Assembly: GCA_964599085.1 (NCBI GenBank)
Contig: CAZRFD010000011.1
Coordinates: forward strand, 18,530 to 82,529
DNA length: 64,000 bases
From: an uncultured Enterobacterales bacterium
GTDB lineage: Bacteria > Myxococcota_A > UBA796 > UBA2385
Reading direction: 5' to 3'
Every line of letters starts with the position of its first letter. Within the stretch, counting starts at the first letter, position 1. Positions 1 through 9,943 of this stretch are shown one piece after another. A program made the position numbers and the translations under genes. The notes under the pieces were generated by a model. It had not been told where the DNA came from and ran no database searches. It saw only the letters and a program-made list of their open reading frames with translations.

Positions 1-1400
1 GCCGGGGTGATCGTCGGGACGGATGGTGTGTCACCACCCGCCGTGGCGCGTTCTGCGATCGCTGCCGTCGCCAGAGCGTCGGCGGAGTCGTCCGCACCGG
101 CGAGCGGGTCCTTGGCTGCCTCGGCTGGGGCGTCCTGACTGGCGGCCTCCGCGTCGAGCGTGCCGGTGGGGACGCTGTCGATGTCATGGCTTCCGTATCG
201 CGACACCCCGACGCTCACAGCGACCGCCCCTGTGAGCGCCACGGCCGCCAGCAGCACGGCCCATGCGCGAGGAGACTGCCGCCCCTCCTCCGCTTCCGCT
301 GCCGGATCGGTCGTGGCCACCAGCGTCACCGACGGGGGGCGCTGCTGACCCTCACCGCCGCGCGGGGCTGCGGGTTCGAAGGCCGTGTCCAGCGAGGGGA
401 TGGTTTCTTCGGTACCGCCGAACACCAGCGGCTCACCGGTGTCGTCGTCCAGCAGGAAGGTCAGCGCGGTGGTCAGCGACTTGTCGGGCGGGCGGACGTC
501 CTTGGGAGGAGTCGGGCCGGTGCGCCGCGCGGTGGTCTCCCACCCCGGGAGCCTCGGCGCATCCGGGGGCGGGGCGATGGGCACCTTGGAGGCGTCGTCG
601 AGCAGCGCGTTGAGGTGCAGCGCCATGGCGCGGGCGTCGGGGAAGCGGTCGCCGGGCGCATAGGTCACGGCACGCCGGATGGCGGCGGCGATGTCGGGGG
701 GGACGCCGAGGAAGCGCGGAGAGTCGGCGTCGGCGGTGAAGAGGTCGACCGGGTTGGCGGCCGTCAGCAGGTTGTAGAGGGTCGTGCCCGCGGCGTAGAT
801 GTCCGCCGCCGGGGTGACCGATCGGGCGTCGATGCGTTGCTCGGGCGCCATGAAGGCCAGCGATCCCATGGCCACGCCGGTGCGGGTGCCGCGGAGCTGA
901 TCTTCGGCCAGCAGCGCGATGCCGAAGTCGGCCAGCAGGGCGGTGCCGTCGTCGCCGATGAGGATGTTCTGTGGCTTGACGTCGCGGTGCACGATGCCGT
1001 GGGCGTGCGCGAGGTGCAGGGCCGAGAGCACCTGGACCATCCAGGTCAGCGCGAGGTCCGGCGGCAGGGGACCGTGGCTGTCCACGTAGTCGGCGACGCT
1101 GCCGGCGGACGCCAGGGGCATGACGACGTAGTCGCGGTCCTGTTCAGCCGCGATGTCGAGCACCCGCAGCACGTTGGGGTGCTCCAGGCGCGCCATGGCC
1201 CGCGCCTCGGCCAGCAGCCGACGGCGGAGCGACTCGCTGTTGGCCGCCCGTCGGCTGAGCAGCTTGACCGCCCGCGAGACGCCCAGGAGGGTGTCGGTCG
1301 CCCTCCATACCGTCGCGGTCGCGCCGGTGCCCAGCTCGGCTTCCAGGCGGTAGCGCCCATCAGCCAGGGTCTGGGGCTCGCCGTCAGCAAGCCCTGGCAA
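1..1400 (-). CDS. Hanks-type Ser/Thr protein kinase, membrane-anchored; 3' end runs off the left edge of the window
   Basis: Manual minus-strand translation gives LGTGATATVWRA (G-loop), AVKLL, HRDVKPQNIL (nt ~961-993), DFG and FMAPE, then a Pro/Asp-rich linker and one TM helix (AWAVLLAAVALTGAVAVSVGV). It is absent from the ORF track because it is open-ended. The likely start is TTG at 1400, preceded by GGAGG, 18 nt after the upstream stop. Confidence 0.85.
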   Translation of the reverse strand, partial: MPGLADGEPQTLADGRYRLEAELGTGATATVWRATDTLLGVSRAVKLLSRRAANSESLRRRLLAEARAMARLEHPNVLRVLDIAAEQDRDYVVMPLASAGSVADYVDSHGPLPPDLALTWMVQVLSALHLAHAHGIVHRDVKPQNILIGDDGTALLADFGIALLAEDQLRGTRTGVAMGSLAFMAPEQRIDARSVTPAADIYAAGTTLYNLLTAANPVDLFTADADSPRFLGVPPDIAAAIRRAVTYAPGDRFPDARAMALHLNALLDDASKVPIAPPPDAPRLPGWETTARRTGPTPPKDVRPPDKSLTTALTFLLDDDTGEPLVFGGTEETIPSLDTAFEPAAPRGGEGQQRPPSVTLVATTDPAAEAEEGRQSPRAWAVLLAAVALTGAVAVSVGVSRYGSHDIDSVPTGTLDAEAASQDAPAEAAKDPLAGADDSADALATAAIAERATAGGDTPSVPTITP

Positions 1401-1418
1401 CGCCCCTCCCAGCCCGGG

Positions 1419-2228
1419 TCAGAGTCCCGATGGCCACTGCAGATCGTCCCAGCCGACGTCGTCGGCCTGCATGTCGGTGAGGGTGGCGGTCAGCTCCCAG
1501 GACCACGCGCACGCGGTGTTCACCGAGAGGACGCAGGTGGTGTCCGTGCAGTCGCTGTCCGTGCGGGTGTTGCTGGCGGGCACGACGTAGCCCAGGGAGT
1601 CGAGGCGCGTCAGGTACGAGCCCAGCGGGATGGAGCCGACGTCGCCGATCCCCAGCTCTTCAGGCCACAGGTCGGCTTCCTCCCACGACAGCGTCGTCGC
1701 GCTCTCTTCGTCCCAGGACCCCGTCAAGGTGGGCGGCACACCGCTGCGGTCGGCGTCCTTGAGTTGGGTCTCGTTGGGCAGCAACACCTGGATGCGGGTC
1801 AGCGCGCTCTGTTCCCGCTCGGAGCTGTAGATGTAGCCGCTGGGGTGGCTGGTCGTGTCGCTCTCGCTCTCGGAGCGCTCCCACGAGAACGAGGTGTTCC
1901 CCGTCTGGACGGCCTCTTCCTGGACGAGCATCATGCCGCTGATCTCCAGGAGCATGCGGTCCCCGTCCGCGACGAAGCGCCCCAGGCCAGTCCATGGGGA
2001 CGCGCTCGCGCTGCTGTCCTCGATCCAGCCGGAGGTGCCGGTGTCGCCGGTGTCGTCTTCTTCGTAGGCGTCGACGAGGTTGTGCAGGACGCGGTCATCG
2101 CAGGCATCGTCGGCGATGGTCGTGACCTGCACCTCGAAGCGCCAGATGCCGCTGAGGTCGAAGTCACTGGACTTCTTGCAGCCGAGGGGCAGGGCGGAGA
2201 CCAGCAGGAGGAGGGGGAGCCGTGGCAT
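1419..2228 (-). CDS. hypothetical acidic lipoprotein
   Basis: Lies in ORF 1419..2273. The internal ATG at 2228 gives the lipobox signal MPRLPLLLLVSALPLGC. The protein is Asp/Ser/Thr/Trp-rich and I recognise no motif. It is tightly linked to the downstream kinase. Confidence 0.6.
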   Translation of the reverse strand: MPRLPLLLLVSALPLGCKKSSDFDLSGIWRFEVQVTTIADDACDDRVLHNLVDAYEEDDTGDTGTSGWIEDSSASASPWTGLGRFVADGDRMLLEISGMMLVQEEAVQTGNTSFSWERSESESDTTSHPSGYIYSSEREQSALTRIQVLLPNETQLKDADRSGVPPTLTGSWDEESATTLSWEEADLWPEELGIGDVGSIPLGSYLTRLDSLGYVVPASNTRTDSDCTDTTCVLSVNTACAWSWELTATLTDMQADDVGWDDLQWPSGL

Positions 2229-2300
2229 CTGCAGTCCTCGTCGATGGTGAGGATTGGAGCCATAGCGCGCCATGGAAGCGGGTGGAGCGCAGTCGCATCA

Positions 2301-4322
2301 TCACCGGGTGGTCGCCAACCACCGCCGACTGCTGCCCTCGTCAACCCCCGAACGGTACGCCTCCTTGCTCGGAAGGTGGTTCCATCGGGGTGTCACGTCG
2401 GTTGCAGCGGGGCCCCAGGCTTCGCCCAGCGCCCGGCCCAGGCCGGCCGCGAAGGCGGTCTCATCGGCGGCTTCCGTGAGCGCACCCGTCGGAACCTGCA
2501 GCATCGTCGGTTGCCAGCGCGGGGCACGATCGCGTCCCCAGCGACGGCCGGCACACCAGGCCAGCGCGGAGCGCCAGGCCGTCGTGGTGTCGCCCTTCGG
2601 GCGCGCCGCGGCATCGAGCAGGTGGCGCAGGCCCTCCTCATCGCCGGCCCCAGCCATGGTCGCGTCGGCTGCGCCGCCGTCCACGCGACGCCAACAGATG
2701 GCGCGTCGGGCGGACTGTTGCAGCGCGGCGGGCCAGTCCACGGACAGCTCGTCGAGGAGCGCGTTGGCCCGCAGCAGTGAGGCACGGTCGCCATCGGCGT
2801 CAGGGTCGACGCGGTCGGTGAGGGCGGCGGCGACCCCCTCGGCCCACGCGTTGCTGGCGCCGGCCGGGGGAGGCAGGGGTCTGGCGTGGTCGAGCTGTTC
2901 GGGGTGGGCTGCGGCGGCGAGGAGGTCGTCGCGGCCCGTGGCGTAGGCCGCGACCGCGACCAGACGTGGGTCGGAAGAGCCGGCGGCGGCGCGACGGAGG
3001 CCCGCGGGCATGGCCCAGCTCGCCTGTTCCCGGAAGTACTCGAAGTCGGCGGCCCGCATCTCTTCGGCCGCGGCCACGGGAAAGGGCGCGGTGAGCGCCT
3101 GCGCACGCAGGCCGAGGCCGGACAGCAGCCAGGGCAGCGCCAGCGCGATCGCCGGGAGGCGGCGGCCCTCGGTCCAGCTCGTCGCCGCCACCGTGGCTAC
3201 CAGCACGGCGCTGACGATGACCACGGGGGCGGCGTAGCGCACGTCGCCGGCGGTCGGGACGACGCCCGGTGGTGCCACCGAGATCTGGAAGCGCACCACG
3301 AGGTACACAGCGAGCCAGGTGGCGGCGAGGATGGCGGGCAGGCGACGAAGCCCGGACCGGCGCAGGCTCAGGGCAGCCGCGGTCACCGTCGACGCGGCCG
3401 TGGTGATTCCCGCGACGGGACCCAGGAGTGCGTGCCGCACGCCGATCAAGCCGGCGAGCTGCCGCGGCGGCAGCAGGGTGGCCGCCTTGGCCGGGATGCG
3501 TGACAGGGCCGGGACGCTCTCGCCGGCCTCGTAGATGGTGGAGATGGGGCTCTCTCCCGTCAGACCCCACCGCAGCAGCGCTGGTGCCAGGCCCAGGGCC
3601 AGGCCGGGGAGCAGCCAGGTGGCGGCTCGCCCGCGCCGCTCCAGGGCCAGGAAGGCCACGACAGCGACGGCGGCGAAGGCCGCCGACAGCCCGACCCAGC
3701 AGCCTGCACCGAGGAGCAGACCCACGACGATCCAGTGGCGGTTGCGGGCGTCGGCCCAGACCGCCGCGGCCAGTGCCATCAGGACGAGGGCGCTGGCTTC
3801 GTAGTGGTTGCCCCAGGCCACGAGCCCGAGCCGCGCCCAGGAAGGCGGCGTGGCGATCGCCAGCAGCAGGATGGCCAGGCCGGCGGCGCGACCCTGGCGC
3901 AGCCACAGCGCGGCGGCGAGGCTGCCCAGGGCGAGGGCGCCGAGGCCCATGGGGACCAGCTTCCAGGTGTGCAGGCTCGGGGGCAGGCCCGCCAGCAGGG
4001 TGGCGTACAGCCCCGCATCCAGCGTGCAGCCGCCGCAGAAGGGGCGGTACTGCAGGGGCATCAGCGCGGCCGCGCCCAGGGCGTGCACCGCTTCGCCGTG
4101 GGCGGCGTTGTACAGCTCCTCGGGGTCCAGCTCGACCAGCAGGGGCTGCATCAACAGCAGCTCCTGGAGCAGCCAGAAGACGAGCGCAGTGCTCACACCG
4201 ACGGCGACGGGGCCGACGCGTCCGGTCGTGCGAGGGGCTGCTGGGCGAGGCGTCACGTCCCGGAGCCTACTGCTCGGCGCCACTCGTCCGCCGGGCACAG
4301 CCCACGCCCCGTGCTCCACCAA
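2301..4322 (-). CDS. polytopic membrane protein, GT-C/PMT(ArnT)-like glycosyltransferase candidate with a soluble C-terminal domain
   Basis: 673-aa ORF with about 10 or more hydrophobic helices in the first ~400 aa. The acidic first-loop motif LDPEELYNAAHG resembles the DE-x-Y loop of family 39/83 GT-C enzymes. The start is uncertain (GTG 4322 or GTG 4256). Confidence 0.55.
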   Translation of the reverse strand: MVEHGAWAVPGGRVAPSSRLRDVTPRPAAPRTTGRVGPVAVGVSTALVFWLLQELLLMQPLLVELDPEELYNAAHGEAVHALGAAALMPLQYRPFCGGCTLDAGLYATLLAGLPPSLHTWKLVPMGLGALALGSLAAALWLRQGRAAGLAILLLAIATPPSWARLGLVAWGNHYEASALVLMALAAAVWADARNRHWIVVGLLLGAGCWVGLSAAFAAVAVVAFLALERRGRAATWLLPGLALGLAPALLRWGLTGESPISTIYEAGESVPALSRIPAKAATLLPPRQLAGLIGVRHALLGPVAGITTAASTVTAAALSLRRSGLRRLPAILAATWLAVYLVVRFQISVAPPGVVPTAGDVRYAAPVVIVSAVLVATVAATSWTEGRRLPAIALALPWLLSGLGLRAQALTAPFPVAAAEEMRAADFEYFREQASWAMPAGLRRAAAGSSDPRLVAVAAYATGRDDLLAAAAHPEQLDHARPLPPPAGASNAWAEGVAAALTDRVDPDADGDRASLLRANALLDELSVDWPAALQQSARRAICWRRVDGGAADATMAGAGDEEGLRHLLDAAARPKGDTTTAWRSALAWCAGRRWGRDRAPRWQPTMLQVPTGALTEAADETAFAAGLGRALGEAWGPAATDVTPRWNHLPSKEAYRSGVDEGSSRRWLATTR

Positions 4323-4370
4323 CGACGACGGCCGGGTCCGAAGACCCGGCCGCCATGCCGATGTCCGGGC

Positions 4371-5117
4371 TCAGAGCCAGGACTTCAGCTTGTCTTCGTC
4401 GAGACGGGCCGGGTGGCCCCGCCACACGATCTTGCCGTCCTTGACGACGGCCGCGGCCGGGATGCCGCTGACGTTGAAGTAGGACGACAGCGCGCCGTCT
4501 TCCTTGGCGATCGGGTACTTGACGCCCTTGTCCTTGATGAACTCCTCGACCTTCTCGTCCGTCGACGACTTGGTCACCTTGGTCAGGCCGATCATCTTCA
4601 GGCCCTGCGGGCCGAGGCTCTCGAAGGTGGCTTCGAGCTTGGGCACCTCGCGCTGGCAGTGCGGGCACCACGACTCCCAGAAGACGACCAGCGTCGTGCC
4701 CTGGTTGTCCAGCGCGATGTCGCCCTCGCCCTGGTACCACTTCTCGATCTTCCACTCCGGCGGCGCGTCCTTGCCGATGACCTGCAGCTCGGCGTTGAGC
4801 TTGCGGGCCTTGCGGTAGGCCAGCGTGTCGCCGTAGTCCTTCTCCAGGCTCGCCATCTTGGTCTTGGCGGTGTCGAAGTCACCGGCGCGCATGGCTTCCG
4901 CCACTTCCTTGAGCAGGGCGTCGCCGGCGCTCTCCTTCTCGGAGTCGGCACCGCCCTTGGCGGCCTTGGCGGCGGGGGCGGCCTTGGCGCCTGCGGCAGC
5001 CTGGGCGTCCACCTTCTTCTCGAGCTCGTCGATGCGCTGGTTGAGCTGGTCGACCTGGTCGGCGGTCGCGCAGCCGCCGAGGAGCGCGGCGGCAAGGAGG
5101 AGGGGGCGAAGGTTCAT
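4371..5117 (-). CDS. TlpA/ResA-like thiol:disulfide oxidoreductase lipoprotein
   Basis: Signal plus lipobox MNLRPLLLAAALLGGC, a coiled N-terminal region, then a thioredoxin fold with a WCPHC active site (VVFWESWCPHCQREVP). The ATG at 5117 has GGAG 6 nt upstream. Confidence 0.85.
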   Translation of the reverse strand: MNLRPLLLAAALLGGCATADQVDQLNQRIDELEKKVDAQAAAGAKAAPAAKAAKGGADSEKESAGDALLKEVAEAMRAGDFDTAKTKMASLEKDYGDTLAYRKARKLNAELQVIGKDAPPEWKIEKWYQGEGDIALDNQGTTLVVFWESWCPHCQREVPKLEATFESLGPQGLKMIGLTKVTKSSTDEKVEEFIKDKGVKYPIAKEDGALSSYFNVSGIPAAAVVKDGKIVWRGHPARLDEDKLKSWL

Positions 5118-5527
5118 CACGGGCTCCGAAGCGGGAGGTTCGGTCGGGAGTGGGGCTCGGCCGCTCGTTGCTCACGGGACCGGGCGGAACTGTCGGCCTT
5201 CCCTCCTACCCGTGTCACCGCACGGCCTGCAAGTCCGCCGCACCCGTGTCCTGCGTCGGCGCGCCGCTGCCTCGAAGCCATCAGTGTGGCGATGACGTAG
5301 TGGTGGAGCGGATCATCACCCCATCCCGCCCCTCGGGAGTGCGCTGTTGCGGCGGGCGGGGTCACCGGATAGCCCGCGGCTCGTTCCCCACGGCTCCTAC
5401 GGACGCTCCAGGAGGTCTTCGAGCCCCCATCGGGGGGGCTGCCATCCCGCACCGCCGTGATGGGCATGGCGACGAAGACCCGGTCGATCCCCTCGGCCAC
5501 TTCCTGGTGCAGACCCCGAGGCTGCAG

Positions 5528-6031
5528 ATGCTGCAAGCGGTCATCTTCTACCTGCTCGCGATTGCGACGGTGCTCTCCGGTCTGGCGGTGATCACCCGAC
5601 GCAACCCGATCGCCTCCGCGGTCTCGCTGGTGGTCACCTTCTTCTTCCTGGCCGCGCTCTATGCGCTGCTCGGGGCCCACTTCGTCGCCGTGACGCAGGT
5701 GCTCGTCTACGCGGGCGCCATCATGGTGCTCTTCGTCTTCGTGATCATGCTGCTCAACCTGCGGGGCAACGACTCCCGGGAGCTGCCGGATCTCGCCCCG
5801 CGCGGCCTCGTCGGCCTGGCGGTGGCCGGGCTGGTCGGCATGGGGCTGGTCGTCTCCCTCGACGCGCTCCGCCTCGTCGACATGGGGCCGGCCGCCAGAG
5901 ACTTCGGCACCATCGAGCAGGTCGGCACGATCATCTTCGACGGCACCTACCTGCTGCCCTTCGAGGTCGCGTCGGCGCTGCTGACCGTCGCGATGGTCGG
6001 CGCGGTCGTGCTCGCCAAGCGGGAGATCTGA
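5528..6031 (+). CDS. nuoJ: NADH-quinone oxidoreductase subunit J
   Basis: Internal ATG at 5528 of ORF 5150..6031. The sequence [31 protein letters not shown]...[18 protein letters not shown] is typical of NuoJ. Its stop overlaps the nuoK start (ATGA). Confidence 0.9.
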   Translation: MLQAVIFYLLAIATVLSGLAVITRRNPIASAVSLVVTFFFLAALYALLGAHFVAVTQVLVYAGAIMVLFVFVIMLLNLRGNDSRELPDLAPRGLVGLAVAGLVGMGLVVSLDALRLVDMGPAARDFGTIEQVGTIIFDGTYLLPFEVASALLTVAMVGAVVLAKREI

Positions 6032-6339
6032 TGGAACAGGTCGGGCTGTACCCGGTGCTCTTCACGAGCGCCCTGTTGTTCGCTCTCGGCGTCACGGGCG
6101 TCTTGACCCGCCGCAACATCCTCATCGTGCTGATGAGCATCGAGCTGATGCTCAACGGCGTGAACCTCGCCTTCGTTGGCTTCGCCCGGCACCTGGGACA
6201 GGTCGACGGCCACGCCTTCGCCATCTTCGTGATGGCCGTCGCGGCCGCGGAAGCGGCCGTGGGCCTGGCGCTGGTCCTGTTGCTCTTCCGGCACAAGGCC
6301 TCCGTCGATCTCGAGACCTTCGACCTGCTGAGGGGCTGA
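6031..6339 (+). CDS. nuoK: NADH-quinone oxidoreductase subunit K
   Basis: 102 aa with three TM helices. [13 protein letters not shown] and [10 protein letters not shown] motifs. Confidence 0.95.
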   Translation: MEQVGLYPVLFTSALLFALGVTGVLTRRNILIVLMSIELMLNGVNLAFVGFARHLGQVDGHAFAIFVMAVAAAEAAVGLALVLLLFRHKASVDLETFDLLRG

Positions 6340-6342
6340 ACC

Positions 6343-8373
6343 GTGAATCCCGCGCTCCTGAGCCTCGTTCCTGGCTTCCCGCTGCTCGGCGTGATCCTGC
6401 TCACGCTGCTCAACCGCAAGGCGAACCGCGTCGTCGCGGGCAGCATCGCCACCGCGATGGTGGGACTCTCCGCCGTCCTGTCGTTCTGGACCCTGTTCAC
6501 CCTGGTGGGTGGGCACGGAGAGCTGGAACCGCTCCACACCGTGCTCTACAGCTGGATCGAGGTGGGCGGCGTCGACGTCGACATCGCCTTCCTGGCCGAT
6601 CCGCTGACAGCCGTGATGATGTGCGTGGTGACGGGCGTCGGCTCGCTCATCCACTTGTACAGCATCGGCTACATGGATGACCCGGCGGACGCCAACAGCA
6701 CCTGGCGCTTCTTCACGTATCTGAACCTGTTCGTGTTCAGCATGTTGCTGCTGATCATGGGCGACAACTTCTTCGTCATGTTCGTCGGCTGGGAAGGGGT
6801 CGGCCTGTGCAGCTACCTGCTCATCGGCTTCTGGTACACCAACACCGACTTCGCGAAGGCCGGCAAGAAGGCCTTCATCACCAACCGGGTCGGTGACTTC
6901 AGCTTCCTGCTGGGCCTCTTCCTGCTGTTCTGGTCGCTGGGAGACCACGCCACGCTGCAGTTCGCCGAGCTGCAGGAAGTCCTGGGTGCCCACCCCGACC
7001 TGGTCGGTGGTCACGGCGGCACCCTGGTCACGGCCATCTGCCTGCTGCTCTTCGGCGGCGCCACCGGCAAGAGCGCGCAGATCCCGCTGTTCGTCTGGCT
7101 GCCCGACGCCATGGCCGGTCCCACGCCGGTCTCGGCTCTCATCCACGCGGCCACCATGGTGACCAGCGGGATCTACCTGATCTGCCGCCTCAACTTCCTG
7201 TTCGCCATGGCGCCGGTGGCCATGGGGGTGGTGGCGACCATCGGGGCGCTCACGGCGTTCCTGGCGGCGACCATCGCCGTCAGCCAGAACGACATCAAGA
7301 AGGTGCTGGCCTACAGCACGGTCAGCCAGCTCGGCTACATGTTCCTGGGCGTGGGAGTAGGCGCCTTCACGGCCGGCTTCTTCCACGTCATCACCCACGC
7401 CTTCTTCAAGGCGCTGCTCTTCCTGGGCGCCGGTGCGGTCATCCACGCCATGCACCACGAACAGGACATGCGGCACATGGGCGGGCTGCTCGGCAAGATG
7501 AAGATCACCGGGTGGACGATGATCATCGCCTGGCTGGCGATCATCGGCTTCCCCGGCTTCTCGGGCTTCTTCAGCAAGGACGAGATCCTCTGGCTGACCT
7601 TCGCGGCCGACCCTGCGCAGGTGGCGCTGTTCGGCCCGACCGTGCCGCTGCCCAAGATCCTCTGGGGCATCGGCTTCGTCACAGCGATCCTCACCGCCTT
7701 CTACATGAGCCGCCTGGTCTTCATGACCTTCTTCGGCGAGTTCAGGGGCGGGGGGCACGGTCACGACGACGACCACGGTCACGACCACGGCCACGAACCG
7801 CACGAGGTGTCACCGCTGATGTGGGGTCCGTTGGCGGTGTTGGCCCTGCTGTCGCTCCTCGGCGGACTGCTGAACCTGCCGCACTGGCTGCACGCCGGCA
7901 GCATGACGGGCTGGCTGCATCACTTCCTCGAGCCTGTCTTCGAAGACGCCCACATGAGCTTCGACGCGGCGCCTGAGCACCTCGAGCTGCGGATCATGGC
8001 GCTGACCATCGGCGTCGTCTTCGCCACCATCTACGCCGCCTGGCAGATGCTGATGAAGAACCCCGAGATCAAGCACCAGCTCGAGCACTTCATCCCGGAC
8101 TTCGCCATCGCCGGCAGTCAGAACAAGTGGTGGGTTGACGAGCTCTACGAGTTCACGCTCATCAAGCCGCTGCTGCTGGGTAGCCGCCAGGTGCTGTGGG
8201 CCATCGTCGACGCGCTCATCATCGACGGCGCCGTCAACGGCACCGCCCGCTTCCTGTCGGGTGCCAGCCGGGCCTATGGCCAGCGGGTGCAGGTCGGCAG
8301 GGTGCAGGTCTACGCGCTGGCGCTGGCATCCGGGGCCGCCCTGTTGATCCTCGCGTTCGCGGTGGGGAGCTGA
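6343..8373 (+). CDS. nuoL: NADH-quinone oxidoreductase subunit L
   Basis: 676 aa, GTG start. Antiporter-like core (FVGWEGVGLCSYLLIGFW, GKSAQIPLFVWLPDAMAGPTPVSALIHAATMV) and a long C-terminal lateral-helix region. Confidence 0.95.
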   Translation: MNPALLSLVPGFPLLGVILLTLLNRKANRVVAGSIATAMVGLSAVLSFWTLFTLVGGHGELEPLHTVLYSWIEVGGVDVDIAFLADPLTAVMMCVVTGVGSLIHLYSIGYMDDPADANSTWRFFTYLNLFVFSMLLLIMGDNFFVMFVGWEGVGLCSYLLIGFWYTNTDFAKAGKKAFITNRVGDFSFLLGLFLLFWSLGDHATLQFAELQEVLGAHPDLVGGHGGTLVTAICLLLFGGATGKSAQIPLFVWLPDAMAGPTPVSALIHAATMVTSGIYLICRLNFLFAMAPVAMGVVATIGALTAFLAATIAVSQNDIKKVLAYSTVSQLGYMFLGVGVGAFTAGFFHVITHAFFKALLFLGAGAVIHAMHHEQDMRHMGGLLGKMKITGWTMIIAWLAIIGFPGFSGFFSKDEILWLTFAADPAQVALFGPTVPLPKILWGIGFVTAILTAFYMSRLVFMTFFGEFRGGGHGHDDDHGHDHGHEPHEVSPLMWGPLAVLALLSLLGGLLNLPHWLHAGSMTGWLHHFLEPVFEDAHMSFDAAPEHLELRIMALTIGVVFATIYAAWQMLMKNPEIKHQLEHFIPDFAIAGSQNKWWVDELYEFTLIKPLLLGSRQVLWAIVDALIIDGAVNGTARFLSGASRAYGQRVQVGRVQVYALALASGAALLILAFAVGS

Positions 8374-8374
8374 G

Positions 8375-9943
8375 ATGGACCACCTCCTGAGCCTGATCAC
8401 CTTCCTGCCCCTGGTGGGCGCGCTGGTCGTCTTCGCCAGTCCGGCCGCCACCGGGCGGTGGCTGGCGCTCGGCACGGCCGTGCTCACCTTCGTGGTGTCG
8501 ATCCCGCTGTGGTTCATGTACGACCCGGCGGGCACCGGCCTGCAGGGCTGGGAGACCATGCAGCTGGTCGAGGGGCCGTACCCCTGGATCGCTGACCTCG
8601 GCATCTCCTACATGGTCGGTATCGACGGCATCGCGCTGCTGCTCGTCCTGCTGACGACGCTGCTCACGCCCATCGTGATCTACAGCAGCTTCAGCTCCGT
8701 GGACAAGAAGGTCAGCCAGTACATGGGCTTCATGCTCGTGCTGGAGACGGGCATGCTCGGGGCCTTCGTGGCGCTGGACACCTTCCTGTTCTACGTGTTC
8801 TGGGAGCTGATGCTCATCCCGATGTACTTCATCATCGGGATCTGGGGCGGACCCAAGCGCATCTACGCCGCCGTCAAGTTCTTCATCTACACGGTGGTCG
8901 GCAGCCTGCTGATGCTGGTCGCCATCCTGGCGCTGTACTTCTTCCACCACGCCCAGCAGGGCTTCTGGTCGGCCAACGTCATCGACCTCTACAACGTCGC
9001 CCTCCCGTACCGCACGGAATTCTGGCTGTTCATCGCGTTTGCGCTGGCCTTCGCCATCAAGGTGCCGATGTTCCCGGTCCACACCTGGCTTCCGGACGCC
9101 CACGTCCAGGCGCCCACCGGGGGCTCGGTCATCCTCGCCGGCGTCCTGCTGAAGCTCGGGACCTTCGGCTTCCTGCGCTACGCCATGCCGCTGTTCCCCC
9201 AGGCCACCCACGAGCTGGGTCCCGTCATCGCCGGGCTCGCGGCCATCGGCATCGTGTACGGGGCGCTGGTCGCCATGGTGCAGGACGACATCAAGAAGCT
9301 GGTCGCCTACAGCTCTGTCAGCCACATGGGCGTCGTCATGCTCGGCCTGTTCGCCTTGAACACCGAGGGCGTGTCCGGGTCGGTCTACCAGATGCTGAAC
9401 CACGGCCTGTCGACGGGCGCGCTCTTCCTGCTGGTCGGCGTGATCTACGAACGGCGGCACACCCGCGCCATCGCCGAGTACGGCGGGCTGGCGACGGCGG
9501 TGCCGAAGTTCTCGGTTGTGATGCTCATCGTGACCTTCAGCAGCATCGGCCTGCCCGGTCTCAACGGCTTCATCGGCGAAGCCCTGTCGCTGCTCGGCTC
9601 CTTCCACACCCACCCGGTCGCTACGGTGGTCGGTACCTCGGGTGTCATCTTCGGCGCGGTCTACATGCTCTGGATGGTCCAGCGCGTCATCTTCGGCCCG
9701 CTGACCAACCAGGCCAACAAAGAACTGACCGACCTGACGGGTCGCGAAGCCCTCTACCTGGCCCCCATCCTCGTCCTGATCTTCGCCATGGGCCTGTACC
9801 CGCGACCGCTGCTGCACGTGATGGAGCCGTCGGTCGATCGGGTCCTGCAGCAGGTCAACGGCGAAGTCGACCTGCTCGCGGTCAGCGACCACGCCGGCGC
9901 CGGCGCCGGCGCGGTTGACGGTGCCCACGGAGGTGAGCGGTGA
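8375..9943 (+). CDS. nuoM: NADH-quinone oxidoreductase subunit M
   Basis: 522 aa. Motifs FYVFWELMLIPMYFIIGIWGG, KVPMFPVHTWLPDAHVQAPTGGSVILAGVLLK. Confidence 0.95.
   Translation: MDHLLSLITFLPLVGALVVFASPAATGRWLALGTAVLTFVVSIPLWFMYDPAGTGLQGWETMQLVEGPYPWIADLGISYMVGIDGIALLLVLLTTLLTPIVIYSSFSSVDKKVSQYMGFMLVLETGMLGAFVALDTFLFYVFWELMLIPMYFIIGIWGGPKRIYAAVKFFIYTVVGSLLMLVAILALYFFHHAQQGFWSANVIDLYNVALPYRTEFWLFIAFALAFAIKVPMFPVHTWLPDAHVQAPTGGSVILAGVLLKLGTFGFLRYAMPLFPQATHELGPVIAGLAAIGIVYGALVAMVQDDIKKLVAYSSVSHMGVVMLGLFALNTEGVSGSVYQMLNHGLSTGALFLLVGVIYERRHTRAIAEYGGLATAVPKFSVVMLIVTFSSIGLPGLNGFIGEALSLLGSFHTHPVATVVGTSGVIFGAVYMLWMVQRVIFGPLTNQANKELTDLTGREALYLAPILVLIFAMGLYPRPLLHVMEPSVDRVLQQVNGEVDLLAVSDHAGAGAGAVDGAHGGER

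Noticed and set aside
186-2780. 864-aa plus-strand ORF
   Set aside because: Its composition is Arg/Gly/Val/His-rich with no motifs. It is antisense to a minus-strand kinase carrying full Hanks motifs and to a lipoprotein gene. This is a typical high-GC shadow ORF.
5121-5527. Search for a tRNA, riboswitch or nuoI remnant in the nuoJ leader
   Set aside because: I could see no T-loop or anticodon-arm pattern, no Cys-cluster ferredoxin remnant, and no riboswitch core motif by eye. It remains unexplained and is mentioned only within the nuo finding.
5947-7803. 618-aa minus-strand ORF (also 8234..9928 and 9754..11274)
   Set aside because: These are antisense to nuoL, nuoM and nuoN. They are shadow ORFs rich in Asp, Glu, Arg, His and Gly.
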